DNA from: the human T2T-CHM13v2.0 reference genome, Homo sapiens
Assembly (NCBI RefSeq): GCF_009914755.1
Contig: NC_060940.1
Reading direction: 5' to 3' (one strand)
DNA length: 64,000 nucleotides
Part shown: in pieces, positions 45,055-60,342 of the stretch
Layout of the letters: every line of letters begins with the position of its first letter
How positions within the stretch are numbered: the stretch's first letter is position 1
Notes under the pieces: model-generated
Seen by the model: the letters and a program-made list of their open reading frames with translations, nothing else
Told to the model about the DNA's origin: nothing
Databases searched by the model: none
Position numbers and translations under genes: made by a program

Positions 45055-47384
45055 TGCTCCTTTGTTTTAATTTTACTGTCTTCCACTCAAAAATATGAAG
45101 GACAAGTAAGTGTTCCTAGTAGAAGCAGTGTGATAAATGCAAAAAGTAAGTATGGATATCATTAGCACAGATTCCTAACAACCGCAGAATAGTTCCATCT
45201 TTATTCCTTCTAGAATCTGAAATTGATCCCAATACACAATGCAAGAAAAAGAGTGGGGCAGACCTAAAAATAGGACAACCAAATGTACAATAACTCTAAA
45301 AAAACCTACCTGTTTTAATAAAGTTTTAATGGAGTTTCAAAAAATGAGCCTAATATATTCAGTATAAATAATGCATCTTTCTAATATGAAACATACACAT
45401 CACCATGAAATTTTATAAGGGTCATTTGCATAAAATTTTAACATACACATTATTGAGGTATGTGAATAGATATTTAACAATATGTATTGATAGATAAAAA
45501 ACAGTGTCAAAATGCTTCAGATATGTTATAGTTTGTTGTCTTATGAAGCTACTGTCATCTGCCAATGCATGTTTCTCATTATTTCTAGGCATTCACTAAG
45601 GAAGTGGGTCACTAGCACTGCTTAAAGGAGCCCCTGTGTGACTTCAACCTAAGTTTCCTTTAAATAAACTACTTTTGTTATGCTCTATTACGCCATTCTT
45701 GAAAATTCTCTTAACTGACTCATCTTTAAAGACAATTGATAAAAACAGGCACAGCTGGTTGCTATGATGTTGGCTGCTGAGGACATGTTAGTATGTGTGG
45801 TTATAAACTTGCCCACCCATCGTTGCTGGCCTTGCTTTATCACAAGTGCAAGAAAGGAAAATCTATATTACAGCAAAGCAATGTTCAGTAAAATTTGATA
45901 CTTTCTCAGCCTAAGAAATAACAAGTTATAGATAACCATATTATATAAATTACTAAGGTAAGATAAGGCAGCTTTGGAAATGGTTCAATCTTTAATTGAA
46001 AGAGCACAGGTAGAATTCAGTAATTTTATTTTTCTTCAAGTTAAATGCCTATTCATGAGAAAAATGCGAAGGGAGAGATCATTACCTTAACAAAAGGAAG
46101 AAGATTACACACAAACTTTGAAGGCAACATTTTATCAAGGCCTGATTCCCTGGGCTCCTCTGCTGTAGCTCCCTATGTGGACTTACTATACAACAAAAGC
46201 AACAGTTACCCATTTGGCAAAGGCTGACTACTAGATGCAGCTTGGAAACAAAAGAGCACATGTCATCAAAGCAGCTCATTCTGAGGTTCCAGAGAACAGG
46301 CAGAGCTGACAGGTAGAAAAATCTGGATGCAAATTCTAGGGTTTGGCTTATAGACTTTGAATGTGAAGCACTGCAAATTAACAAAGGAATTTTTATTATT
46401 TAAAAAAAAACATTTTGGAAAAAGGCAGTCTGGGATGCATCTTGTTCTAATGCCCTCCCCTTGCCTATTATGCCATTTTAACAAGATGTGAAAGGCAAAA
46501 ATGACGCAGCTCAGTTCCTCTGATGTATGATCAGATGGAACAGGGGCCAAGAGCCGTCTTCCCCAGGAGAAGGGCCAGAGTGGGCTGGACTCTGAGTACT
46601 CAGGTACTCACTATCCCCAGAATGCGTCATAAGCAATAAAAGTGAACAAACTTCACCGTCTTTCCTTTCTTCCCATTAAAAATGGGAGAGTTCATCATGG
46701 TTTATCTGTTGTCCCATTGTCATTATATATTAGATGTGTTGGGCGGGGTATCAATAAGGTAATCATTTGGCTATAGGGAACTAAACAATGAGGAGCTACT
46801 GGTGGATCTCATAGAAAAAAATGTGCGTCACCCAAGGTCTTGGACAGAGTCCTGGGACAGTGCATGGGCCAGACCTCAGCAGGATTAGTAGCTTTTAGAT
46901 GCATGTGGGGAAGTTGCATGATTCAACTTCAGGATTCAGGATTATTTTTAATGTTATATACAGGAGAATGGTGTGTCTTTGTGTGGTGTGTGTATGTAGA
47001 TGCTAAGAAGGCAAGGATAAAATGTAGTTACAGTTTTGTCTGCTGGAGTTTTTTTTCCCTTTGGGAACACTTATGTGATATTTGTGGGACTGTCCATCAC
47101 ATGGGCTGGCCCCATGGGCCCCTGATGTCAACTGTGCAAATCATGGCATGCCACCCCTGAACACATTGGTCCATATGTGGATGGGCACAAGAAGAGCCAT
47201 TTGCAGAACTTAAGGAGACTGACATGGGAAGATGGGAGCAGGAAAGTGCCAGGAACATCTCCCAGCTGCACAGAGATGGCCTTGAGAATGAAAGAGAGGT
47301 TTAAAGATTCAAGAAATTTAGCCATATCCCATGTGTTATCTAGGCCTTGAGTTTTCCAGCCATATGCACCAGTAAATTACCTGC

Positions 47385-47871
47385 CATATTATTTCCCTAT
47401 AGCTGCTGTAACCCATTGTCACAAACTTAGTGGCTTAATACAGCATAAGTTTATCTTACAGTTCTGGAGGTAGGAAGTCTGAAATTGGTGTTACATGGCT
47501 GAAGTCAAAGTGCCAGCAGAACTGTGTTCATTCTGGAGGGTCTAAGGGAAAATCCATTTCCTTGTCTTTTCTAGTTTCTGGAGATTCGGGCTCATGGACC
47601 CTTCCTCCACCTTCAAAATTAGTCATTTAGCATCTTCAAATTTCTCTCTCTCTTTGCTTCCAATGTTGTATTACCCTCCCTGACTCTGACCCTCCTACAT
47701 TCTTCTTATGATATGACCATTTTGATTATCTTGGGTTCACTCATTTAATCCAGAATAATTTCGTCACGATCCTTAACTTAATCATGGTTTCAAAGTCCCT
47801 TTTGCCATGACAGGTTCCAGAGATTTGAAGAACAAGGACATACTTAGGGGAGCATTGTTCAGCCTTCCACA
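47385..47871 (-). mobile_element. MLT1 (C/D-like) solo LTR
   Basis: GCTGCTGTAAC...CACAAACTTAGTGGCTTAA...CAGTTCTGGAGG...AAAGTCCCTTTTGCCATG...CAGCCTTCCACA. Confidence 0.85.
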
Positions 47872-48295
47872 TCTGTCTTCAGCTGGTTTGAAGTGGGATT
47901 TTGTCAATTTTATCCAGGAGAATCCTGAGTGAGATACAATGATTCTGCTTTTTAATTTCCCTTAGAGGTCAAATAACTGTTAATAATATATCCCCTCCTG
48001 CATTCAGTGCATAGTGTAAATTTTAGGAAGCAGAGATATTGAGAAGAAATGACACTGGAATGTGAATTATTTGTATTCTAATCCTCACTAGAGCAAGATA
48101 TATATTTGCTTTCAGGCTTGGTTCACTCATTTATGATATGCAGATAGGAACTCCTGCTTTGCCTGATTCACAAGGTGATTGTGAAAATCGAATAAAATAA
48201 AAAACACTAAATTCATACTGCATGCATAAAGAAATTTTATTATTTTATCTCATGTAGGTGTCATCTTTTAGAATACTTACTCATTCACTGACTAA

Positions 48296-50178
<1,883 letters not shown>

Positions 50179-51429
50179 CACACACTAATATTAACTGCAG
50201 CTTTTGAATATGGATCTTGCTATAATTGCTTTTACATATTTCCTTTGCCTAATTAAAGAAAAAAGATATGCCAGTGTCCTCAGGTTAAAGAAAATAGAGA
50301 ATAGGCAATTTCCTCCTTTCCTCTGCCTCAAAATCCAATGGGGGAAAAAGCTAAAGAAGAGAAAATAGAGGAAAAAACATTTTCATGGAAGTAGGAAAAC
50401 GAACACATCCCAACACTATAAATGAGGAAGATGTGTTGAATATTGTGAAATTTGCTTAGAGAGAAGTGAGTATGTGGGGAACCAAAACAGTCTCTTTCAG
50501 ATATCAGGAGGCTTAAGATTCCCTTGACATCCTGTGACTGAATTCAGGATGTCTATTTTTTGTTTCTTTCAGAGAAATGGGATACAGGAATGTGACTAGG
50601 CTATAGATGAGATGGGAAATGTCTCTGTAGAGATCAACACCTCAGAATGGAAGAAGAGATGCTGCTGAAGGAAAACTGCACCACAGCACACTTTATAATC
50701 TACAACTTATTTTATAATCTAAGAGGCTGGGGCTGCTTGCCCTAGGAGAGTGGGAAGGTAGATAACAGTTGCCAGGACAAAGTTAATATACAGAAATTTG
50801 CTCTGAGAACACTGCTGTCATGGATGCTAAAACTGAAGGGAGACATACCCCAAAGACAGAATACGTAACAATTTTGATGAGAGTGCATTTGACATGGTAA
50901 CAGAGCATATCCAAATTTGTTATGGATGCCTCTATGAGAATATGGATGAGAAATGATCTGGTGAAAACCAATCAGAAAAGAACTAGCATGGTTGAGCACA
51001 GTTACCCCACCCTCACCAGCCAAAAGAGATGAGAAATTAAAATATAGGAAGAAAAAGAATGTATACCATAAAAATATTGCTCAGTGAAGGAGAGGGACAG
51101 GTCATCAAAATAATTTACATAAACAAAATCTCCCTAGATAAATTCCTTAAAGAAGAGACCAAAGCATTTTAAGAAAAGTCTATGTGATAAACAAGAAAGT
51201 ACATTGAGGAAAAAATTAATATATTATGGAGATGAATTCAATCTTTCTGTCTCTCGAAATAATTCTCAAACATAACGTTGAGCATCATTTTTTCCCCAGG
51301 AACAGAGCTTGAATTTGTGCTGTAGAAAGGCATGTCTAGTCTTGAGTTTGTACTGTGAAAAGGTACATTTTGGCCTACAAAAAAAAAGTTAATGTAAATT
51401 TTATTGGTATCATTTTAAAAGGTAGGTTT

Positions 51430-51987
51430 CATTATTAGTCAGATGGGCTGAAGCCAAGTGATAGGAGATAACTACTTTTGAATAGTTTGTTTCCTATAGT
51501 TCCTGAGAAGAGGGGGCATGCTATTCCATGTAGGGTCACATGGAATTCCACGTTGAGCCACATGGAGAAGCATGTGGCCCAGGGCCAATCAGGTGGCAGA
51601 GGGAGTGAGGGGAAAAATGTGAGCAAGAGCCCTCATTGTGGTTTCTGTGAGAAAGAACAGCTAAGACAGAGTAAGCAGGCTTTGGACTGGCTAGTTTGAA
51701 TAGTTTCCGCTCTGAGTGTAGGAGCTGCCCCCGGTTGTCTGGGACCTGGTCCTAGGGAATACTGGCCTGAATGTGAGAGCCCTTTGAGAGCTTGATAAAG
51801 GAGGTGGTGGGGTATGGGTTTTGGACTGGTTGGCTTGCATATTATAAACACATTGCCAGATGAGATGTTTGCTATCTCTAGGAATCAGCTAACCCTAAAA
51901 GGGGCAGTGTCTACCAGGATGTGCGAGCTTATAGAAGTTAAAGCATCAAAAATTAAGAAATAAAAAAAAAAACCCAAGATTAATACA
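51430..51987 (-). mobile_element. MER74-like ERVL LTR
   Basis: Reverse of TGTATTAATC...TTTTGATGCTTT...TTCCTAGAGATAGCAAAC...ATTCAAACTAGCCA...GAAACCACAAT. Family name from recalled consensus. Confidence 0.7.
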
Positions 51988-52039
51988 GTATGTAGTAGGA
52001 GGGCTCTTAATAAAGTACTTATTGCAAACCAAAAAAGTT

Positions 52040-52283
52040 TTTGATAGCACAATACAGTGACTATGGCCAATAATAATGTAATTGTATAGTTTTAAATAAC
52101 TTAAAGAGTGTAATTGGATTGTTTGTAACTCAATAAATACTTGAGGGGATGGAAACTCCATTCTCCATGATGTGCTTATTTCACATTGCATGCCTGTAGC
52201 AAAACATTCATGTACCCCATAATTACATATACCTATTATGTGCCCACAAAAATATTTAGAAATAATTTTCAAAAATTAAAAAA
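52040..52283 (+). mobile_element. L1MA2-like short 3' end
   Basis: TTTGATAGCACAA...GAGTGTAATTGGATTGTTTGTAACTC...CACATTGCATGCCTGTA with an A-rich tail. Confidence 0.85.
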
Positions 52284-54875
52284 TGAAACAAACAAAAATT
52301 TTGCCAGACTGTCAATATTGTTATTTATTATGCACAGCATGTAATATTTATTTAATTAAAGCCTGCTATAATTATACTGTGTATCAGTCATGAGTTACAG
52401 GGGAATATACTTTTGATAACTTCATGCCATAGTGTTCAAAAGAAGTTGTTTTTTCTTCAAATTTGGTATTCTATGAATGCTCCGTTGAAAATTTTTACCT
52501 TTTCAAGGCAGAACGTCCGCAATGCCTACTCCGAAAATTTGTATCTCACTTTATGTAAATTAATACCTGAACGAAAAGTAAAACTAATAAATTTTAATAA
52601 CAAAAAGTACTGAAAGAAATGCATAGAAGGATATATTTTCATGCACATGCCCACAGAGACTCAAGGCTCATAAGAATTTGCATGTAATTGGAACCTGGGG
52701 TGTGTGAAAATCTGGCTCCCAGCCTGAGGGATAAAAAGGACTTTAGGATTCCAGGCAAAAAGGTGAAAGACAAAGGGAAGGAATATTTTTTAAGTCAGTG
52801 TGAGAACTTTCCCTTCGGACTCAGTAACGTAAACAATTAAACTTACAATAGACTTTTTTATTTGTTAAAATAAATGCCTTTGATATTGAGAATCTTGGAA
52901 CTGACCATATGGGGTGGTAAAGAAAGGATAAGGAGCAAAACTAATTTATTTTGCAGAAATGATTGGTCAGTTTATAGCACTGTGTAGACCATATAACTAT
53001 GAGATAACTATTTGATAGGCTAAATTATCTCATTCAGATACTTGTCAACAGAGTTAAAAAAATTTCTCTGTTATTGTTCCGCAGGAGACCAGTATTATTT
53101 TAAACTAGATATCTGTGACTTAAAGGAAGGCATTGGAAATGTTTCTCATTAAAATCATAAATGGCACCATGTTGGGTGTGAGGGCATACAGTCTGCAACA
53201 CAGAAGTAAGATTCAAAATTTCCTTTATAAATTGGAGAGATGAAATGAACCATCAAAGCAGAATGAAATCGAAGAAGGACATTATTGGCTCCTTGTGCAT
53301 TTCCACCATTAGTTTCTCATCTAAGAAATAGACATAAGGTCTCTGTAAACAAAGGACAAAACCTCTGCCCACAACATAGTTACTAGTAGCATGGAAATTG
53401 TTGATATAAAATCTATACATGCTTAACTCACTTCTAAGTGCCATGTGTATCAAATTCTTTTAAAACTCCATAAAGTTTTAACTATCTAATTTTTGTTGAG
53501 GATACAGATCACCGTATTTTCAACAACTTTACAAAGGATTTAAAGCAGTTAGCATTTCTTACTTTTAGATCTGTGCTTTCATTTTGGAGAGCAAAAGAAA
53601 AGATAATCTAAATGTCTAAAGTATTTATTTGATAGGAAACACCTGCTTTTTCATGCACTAAATTCAGTGCGTTCTTTGTACTTTGATAATATCCCAATTC
53701 CATTGATTTATATTGAACCTCAGTCAATAAATTAATTTATGCAGGAAGATTGGGAATGTTCTTAAGAAGGAATTGATAGAATATAAATATATGCCATGTT
53801 AGGGCAGAACATAAATTTCCATGTACATTATAAGCATGGGTCTTAATGATTATTTATGTTGCCTAGGAAAATAAGCCAATGAGACATTATCTCATTTGCT
53901 TTCTATAGAACTTAAGTAAGGAAGACAAGGTAAATTTTGATGTTCACTTAAAAATAAATTTGGAGCTTAACAGAGGTAAATGGTTAAGCTTATGAGAGAG
54001 ACAGGATATTATTTAAAAGAGCTCTAGGGAATAAACTTGGATGGGATCTTGTATGTTTTTTGACACTAACTAGAAAGATGATGTCACTTGGTATCCTTAG
54101 ACCTTAACATTTGCTAGTGTTGCTGTTACCTGCCAATTACTTCCAAAATTTGTAATAATTCAATTCTCCCTAACCATTTCTTCTACTCCAGGATTCTTGC
54201 CATCACACAAATCCTCTCCAGCTCTGTCATTCATGTAAACATTTGGAAAAGCACCACACATACAGTGAAAATGTAATAAATACTTGCTATTAATTTTTTT
54301 CACTGTTAGTATTATTCATCATTCAACAAGTATGTGTTGAACACCTATGATCACCCTGCTGTGTGTTAGATTTTAAAAGGAGGAAAACATAAAACGCACA
54401 GGCATGATTTCTGTCTGTATAGATCTTACACAGTACTCTAACAGGGTTACAAAAACCATCTATTCCAAATCCAATTCTCCCCGTCATGCTGTGGCAGCTG
54501 CCCATTTTTCACAGGATACAGTCCAATTGCTCTGACGTGTCACACAAGGTCTTCCATGATCTGACATTTCCCTACAACTTCAGCCTCACGTATCCCTATT
54601 TGCTGCTTTCACATTTTAGCTTTCAAAGCACCCATGCCTTATAAGTCCCTGGTTCTACCTGCAAATGAATGATGCGGAATCTCATCTCTGTGCCTTTGTG
54701 TGTGAATTTCCCTATTTGAAATTCTCCAGAAACAACATAAAACTGGGTAATTGCTGCATGGTCCTTTAAGATTCAGTGCAAATCCCGCCTTTTCTAGATT
54801 GGCTTCTCGGACTTTTTTCTCATCTTCTGACCCTAGGCTGCGTGTTATTATTGAATCTGGCACATCGGCTTATAA

Positions 54876-55081
54876 CAGTGATTTTCATCCAGGGGTGATT
54901 TTACTCCAAAGGAGACAAAATGTCTGGAAACATTTTGGTTGTTAACAATCGAGGTGATGCTACTGGCTTCGTGGGGGGTATAGGCCAGGGGTGCTGCTAA
55001 CAATACTATAATACACAGAGCCTTTCCAAACAAAGAATTATCTGGTTTCACATATCGGTAGTGCTGGGGCTAGAAAATCTC
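54876..55081 (+). mobile_element. MER20-like hAT DNA transposon within an L2 remnant
   Basis: CAGTGATTTTCATCCAGGGGTGATTTT...ATGTCTGGAAACATTTTGGTTG...GCTACTGGC...AAAGAATTATCTGG. Confidence 0.8.
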
Positions 55082-55486
55082 ATGCGGATGAGTTGGCCTC
55101 AACCATTAGGTTATGAGCTTCCATTGTCCAGAGGCTCTGTCTTATTTGCCTTTATGTCTTCAGCATCAAGTCCAAAGCTAGAAACACGCTGAATTGATAT
55201 TTTTCTGAATAAATAACAGTAGGAAAGGAGTAAAGTATGCATGATTATATAAATAATTGGACAGCATTTGTTCAAAAATAAAGACAAGGACTGCCCTTAA
55301 CACCAATTGCAGTACTTCCCAATGGGGAGATAAAATTTTTGAGTTGGACGGGAAATGGTGAAGGGAATGGGGATAGGGGACAGAGAAATCACAGGAATTT
55401 GAGATTAAAGTGCTAAAAACAAAAAAGGAAAATTAAGAGAAAATATCAGAGTCCCATATCAACAGTGGCCTTTTCAACAGTTCTTA

Positions 55487-55773
55487 AACTGGGTGTGGTG
55501 GCTCATGCCTATAATACCAATACTTTGGGAGGCTGAAGCAGGAGAATCACTTGAGGCCAGGAGTTTGAGACCAACCTAGGAAATGTAGAAGACCTCATCT
55601 CTACAGAAAAAAAAAAAAAAAAAAAAAAAAAAACCAACTTTAAAAATTAACCAGATGTGGTGGGACACGCCTGTAGTCCCAGCTACTCAGGAGACTGAGT
55701 AAGCTATGATGGTGACACTACACTCCAGCCTGGGCAACAGAGTGAGATGCTGTCTTTTATAAAACAAACAAAA
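55487..55773 (+). mobile_element. AluJ-type SINE with an expanded central A-tract and right-arm deletion
   Basis: A-run at 55607-55633 in the linker. The junction GGAGACTGAG/TAAGCTATGA lacks about 40 bp of consensus. Confidence 0.88.
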
Positions 55774-56088
55774 CCTTTTAATACATGATGAAAATGTTTG
55801 CATGATGTTTCTTATTGCAGTCAGTCAAGATTAATGATGTGCATCGTTTCAGTAAACAATTTTTTTTGTATTGAAATTAGAATTCATGTAAATTGCCTAA
55901 ATATGAATCCTACATTATTTTGTTACGTTTTATAATCTGAAGTTACCTTATTGATTATTTAAGATGTGCTATCTCAGTCTTTCTCCCTCTTTATTCCAGG
56001 TATAAAATTCTATGCAAGCAAATACTTCCTTCTTATGATATTAGTTTGTGGTAGGCAAAATATTTTTATAAAATAAGATCTACTTTAA

Positions 56089-58036
56089 GTAGGCAAAAGC
56101 CAAACTAAACTATCTCTCTTTGCTGATGATATGATTATATATCTAGAAAACTCTAAAGACTCCACCAAAAGGCTACTAGCACTGATACACGATTTTAGTA
56201 AGGTTTCAGGATATAAAATAAATGTGCAAAAATCAGTAGCATTTCTATACACAAATAATGTCCAGGCTGAGAGTAAAATCAAGAACACAATGCCATTTAC
56301 AGTAGCCACAAAGGAAATGAAACCTAGGAAGACAACTAACCAAGGAGATGAAAGAGCTCCATATAAGGAGAACTATAAGAAGACACTGCTGGAAGAAATC
56401 AGAGATGACACAAATAAATGGAAAAACATTCCATGCTCATGGATTGGAAGAATGAGTATCATTAAAATGGCTATACTGCTCAAAGCAATTTACAGATTCA
56501 ATATTATTCCTATCAAACCACCAACGTCATTTTTCACAGAATTTAAAAAAACTATTCTAAAATTCATATGGAAGAAAAAAAGAGCCTGAATAACCAAAGC
56601 AATCATAAGCAAAAAGAGCAAAGCCAGAGGCATCACTCTACGTGACTTCAAACTATACTGTAAGGCTATAGTAATCAAAATAGCATGGTAATAGTACAAA
56701 AACAGACACAGGACAATGGAACAGAATAGAAAACTCAGAAGCAAGCCTTCACTCTTAAGGCCATCTGATTTTTGACAAGGCCAACAAAAACAAACAATGG
56801 GGAAAAGGAATCCCTATTTGATAAATGGTGGCGGGATTACTGGCTAGCCATATGCAGAAGAATGAAATTAGACCCTTACCATTTATCTTATACAAAAATT
56901 AACTCAAGATGGGTTAAAGATTTAAACACAAGACCTCAAACTATAAAAAATCCTAGGAGAAAACTAGGAAATACTCTGTTGATATTGGCATTGACAAATA
57001 ATTTTTGTCTTAAGTCCCCAAAAGCAATTGTTACAAAAACAAAAATTGACCAGTGGGACCTAATTAAACAAAAGAGTTTCTGCACAGCAAAAGAAACTAT
57101 CAATAAACAGACAACCTACAGAATGGAGAAAACATTTGCAAACTATGCATCCAGCAGAGGCCTAATATCGAGAACCTATAAGAAACTTAAGTCAACAAGA
57201 AAAAAACAACCCCATTAGAAAAATGGGCAAAAGACATGAACAGACACTTCTCAAAAGAAGACGTACAAGCCACCAACAAACGTGAAAAAATGCTCAACAT
57301 CACTAATCATCAGAGAAATGCAAAATAAAACCACAGTGAGACACCATTTCATGCCAGTCAGCATGGCTATTATTAAAAAGTCAAAAACAACAGAAGCTGG
57401 CAAGGCTGCAGAGAAAAAGAATGCTTATATACTGCTGGTGGGATTGTAAATTAGTTCAGCTACTGTGGAAAGCAATTTAGAGAGTTCTCGAACTTAAAAC
57501 AGAGCTACCATTTGACCCAGCAATCCCATTATTGGGTATATACACAAAGGAAAATAGATCACCATATAAAAAACACACACATACTTGTATGTTCATCACT
57601 GTGCTATTCACAATAATAAAAACAGGGAATCAACCTAGGTGCCCATCAGTGGTGAACTGGACAAAGAAAATGTGGTACATATACACCACGGAATACTACA
57701 CAGCCATAAAAAATGAAAACATCTCCTTTGTAGCAACACGGATGGATGGAGTTGGAAGTCATAATCCTAAGTGAATTAACACAGAAACAAAAAACCAAAT
57801 ACTGCATGTTCTCACTTGAAAGTGGCAGCTAAACATTGAACACACATGGACTTAAGCATAGGAACAATAGACACTACATAATATATGAGGGGAGAGGAAG
57901 GGAGGGAGGTGTGGGTCAAAAAACTACCTAGTGTGTCCTATGCTCACTACCTGGGTAGAATATACCCATGTAACAAACCTGCCCATGTACCTCCTGTATC
58001 TAAAATAAAAGTTGAAAAAAAAAAAGACAAAAAGAG
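56089..58036 (+). mobile_element. 5'-truncated L1PA (about PA14-16): decayed RT and C-terminal ORF2 plus 3'UTR
   Basis: [13 protein letters not shown] motif at the 5' end, [11 protein letters not shown], 3'UTR ...AAAATAAAAGTTG plus A-tail. TSD AGATCTACTTTAA at 56076-56088 and 58037-58049. Confidence 0.95.
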
Positions 58037-58384
58037 AGATCTACTTTAAACTGTCAACCTGAAATCAAATGGAAAGAGTTTTGCAGTTTAAAATAGTTCT
58101 TTAAATTTTCATGCCTTTCTGAAGTGTATTATTTCAATCAATATCAGCCAGGAAAGCATTGAATTACTACCAAAAGCTGTTCTTAAAATACTTCCAAGTT
58201 TTGTAGGAAAAACTCCCCAAACAGAAAAGCCTGGAAATCTCATGGTAGAAAAATCATGTTAAAAAGCCATCAGAAATCTGAGAATCCTGGACCTCAAACT
58301 CTGTAATTGGAAATCACTGACACTTAACTTTTTAAATAATAGCACATTTTTCTAAAAATGGTTAACTAAAAGTGCAATGAGAAT

Positions 58385-58514
58385 TCCCTATGCCTGCTCA
58401 TGGTTAAATAGGAAAACTCATTAACCTAACATATTTCCATGACATTACATCCCTATGCCTGCTCATGGTTAAACAGGAAAACTCATTAACCTAACATATT
58501 TCTATGACATTACA
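58385..58514. repeat. 65-bp tandem duplication (63/65 identical)
   Basis: 58385-58449 versus 58450-58514. Confidence 0.95.
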
Positions 58515-58959
58515 TTCTAGAATTGAAGGGCTTTTTTCCCCTCCACTTTTCAGATTCCTGTAATGTACCTTTTCTCCCACATTATTTTTTAACTTTTTTA
58601 ACTTAAAAAATAATTGTGGCGTTTTATCTATGAGTAGCCTTTATTTTTTATATTTTTTTCTTTATAAGGACATTAGAATTATTCATCAGTGAAATGCTCT
58701 ATACAGAGGTTGCTTACAACGTTTGTACTTTTAAAATTTTAAATAATTTCTAAAATAATTTTAATCCCCATTTTCATCTGTACTTACATTCTGTAAGCAA
58801 CATATTTTCTAAACTCTTCTTTCTTGAGAGACTCTGACTTTTAATAAAACCTATTGGTTATCATTTAATTGCAACTATATAAAAATTTGTGTACTAAAAT
58901 GTACATATGTGGAGTAACAGTTAAGATATAGTGGCTTACAGTAATTTTATATATGCCCA

Positions 58960-59695
58960 TAGTAGGATGATTAATGGCTACCCAAAGATAGCAAGTTTAA
59001 TCCCTGGAACCTATAAGGAAAAAGGGTTTTTGCAGATGTGAATAAGTTAAGGATCTTGAGATTATCCTGTATTATCAGTGTGCAATCAGACTTGTTCTTA
59101 TAAGATAGAGGGAGATGTGATACAGACAGAAGAGGAAAAGACACATGCACACAAGAAAGCAATGTGACCCTGGAGGCAGAGTGGAATGATACGACCACAG
59201 CTAAGGAATGCCAGCAGCCACCAAAAGCTGAAAGAACAGCTTCTCTTTTAGAGCCCCTGTAAGGAATGTGGCCCTACTGACTTAAATTTTTTTTTTTTTT
59301 TTTTTTGAGACAGGATCTCATATGATCACAGCTCACTGCAGTCTTGAACTCCATGGCTCAGGTGATTCTCCCACCTCAGCGTCATGAGTAGCTGGGACCA
59401 CAGGCATGTGGCACCACATCTGGCTAATATTTTTGTATTTTCTTGTAGAGACAGGGTTTCATCATGTTTTGCAGGCTGATCTCAAACTCCTGGGCTCAAG
59501 CCATCCTCTCTGCTTCAGCCTCTAAAAGTGCTGGGATTACGGGTGTGAGACATCACACCTAGCCCTTGTTGACATCTGATTTTGGTCCAGTGATACTGAT
59601 TTCAGATTTCAGCCCTCCAGAACAATGAGATACAAATTTCTGTTGAGTCCCAAATGTGTGGTAATTTGTTACAGTAACTGCAGGAAACTAGTATA
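58960..59695 (+). mobile_element. MLT1D-like solo LTR interrupted by an AluJ
   Basis: TTTGCAGATGTGAATAAGTTAAGGATCTTGAGAT...CCAGCAGCCACCA...GGTAATTTGTTACAG...GGAAACTAGTATA. Confidence 0.85.
59287..59564 (-). mobile_element. AluJ-type SINE nested in MLT1D
   Basis: Poly-T plus reverse Alu. Degenerate TSD CCCTACTGAC / CCTTGTTGAC. Confidence 0.9.
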
Positions 59696-60256
59696 AATTT
59701 ACCACATGGCACGGAAACATATCTTAAGAAATAGAGGAGAATAAAGACAACAAAATGAATACTCCATTAATTGGTTCATGTAGGAATGTGAATGAGGCCA
59801 ATTCCCTATTATATATAGAAGTGTGGAATCAGGTTTGGAGGTGGGTTAAAAACTCATTTGTTCACTTCCATTCCTACTATAGGAATCCTTCCAGTACAAT
59901 AACCTACCTTTTAACTGATCATCAAGGACCTGAGTCCTTTTAGAGGCAGTGAGCTCACTGTCTCTAAGGCAGTAACATGGAGTGGTTGGCCAGCCATAAT
60001 TCCTTGAAAAAATTGCATACATCATGGTGAAAATAGAGACAACACCTATTCATTCATTTCACATATATTAATTGAGCATCTGCAATGTGCTAGGCAATTC
60101 TTGAAGAAACTGGGGTACCACACAAAAAAAGAAAAAGAAGAAAAAAAGAAAAAGAAAAAATCATTTTGTAATTTGTTACAGTAGCCACAGGAAACTAATA
60201 CAATGCCAGATAGAAATTAAGTTGAAATAAAAGTAGTACATGGTGCTTGAAATAAG

Positions 60257-60342
60257 AAATTAATAATGAGAATAAAAAATACTAAAAGAAAGAAAAAAAT
60301 AAATTAATAATGAGAATAAAAAATATTAAAAAAAGGAAAAAA
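60257..60342. repeat. ~44-bp A-rich tandem duplication
   Basis: AAATTAATAATGAGAATAAAAAATA(C/T)TAAAA occurs at 60257 and 60301. Confidence 0.85.

Noticed and set aside
56131-57774. RT-like ORFs as a functional reverse transcriptase gene
   Set aside because: They are frameshifted, stop-interrupted pieces of a 5'-truncated L1 ORF2.
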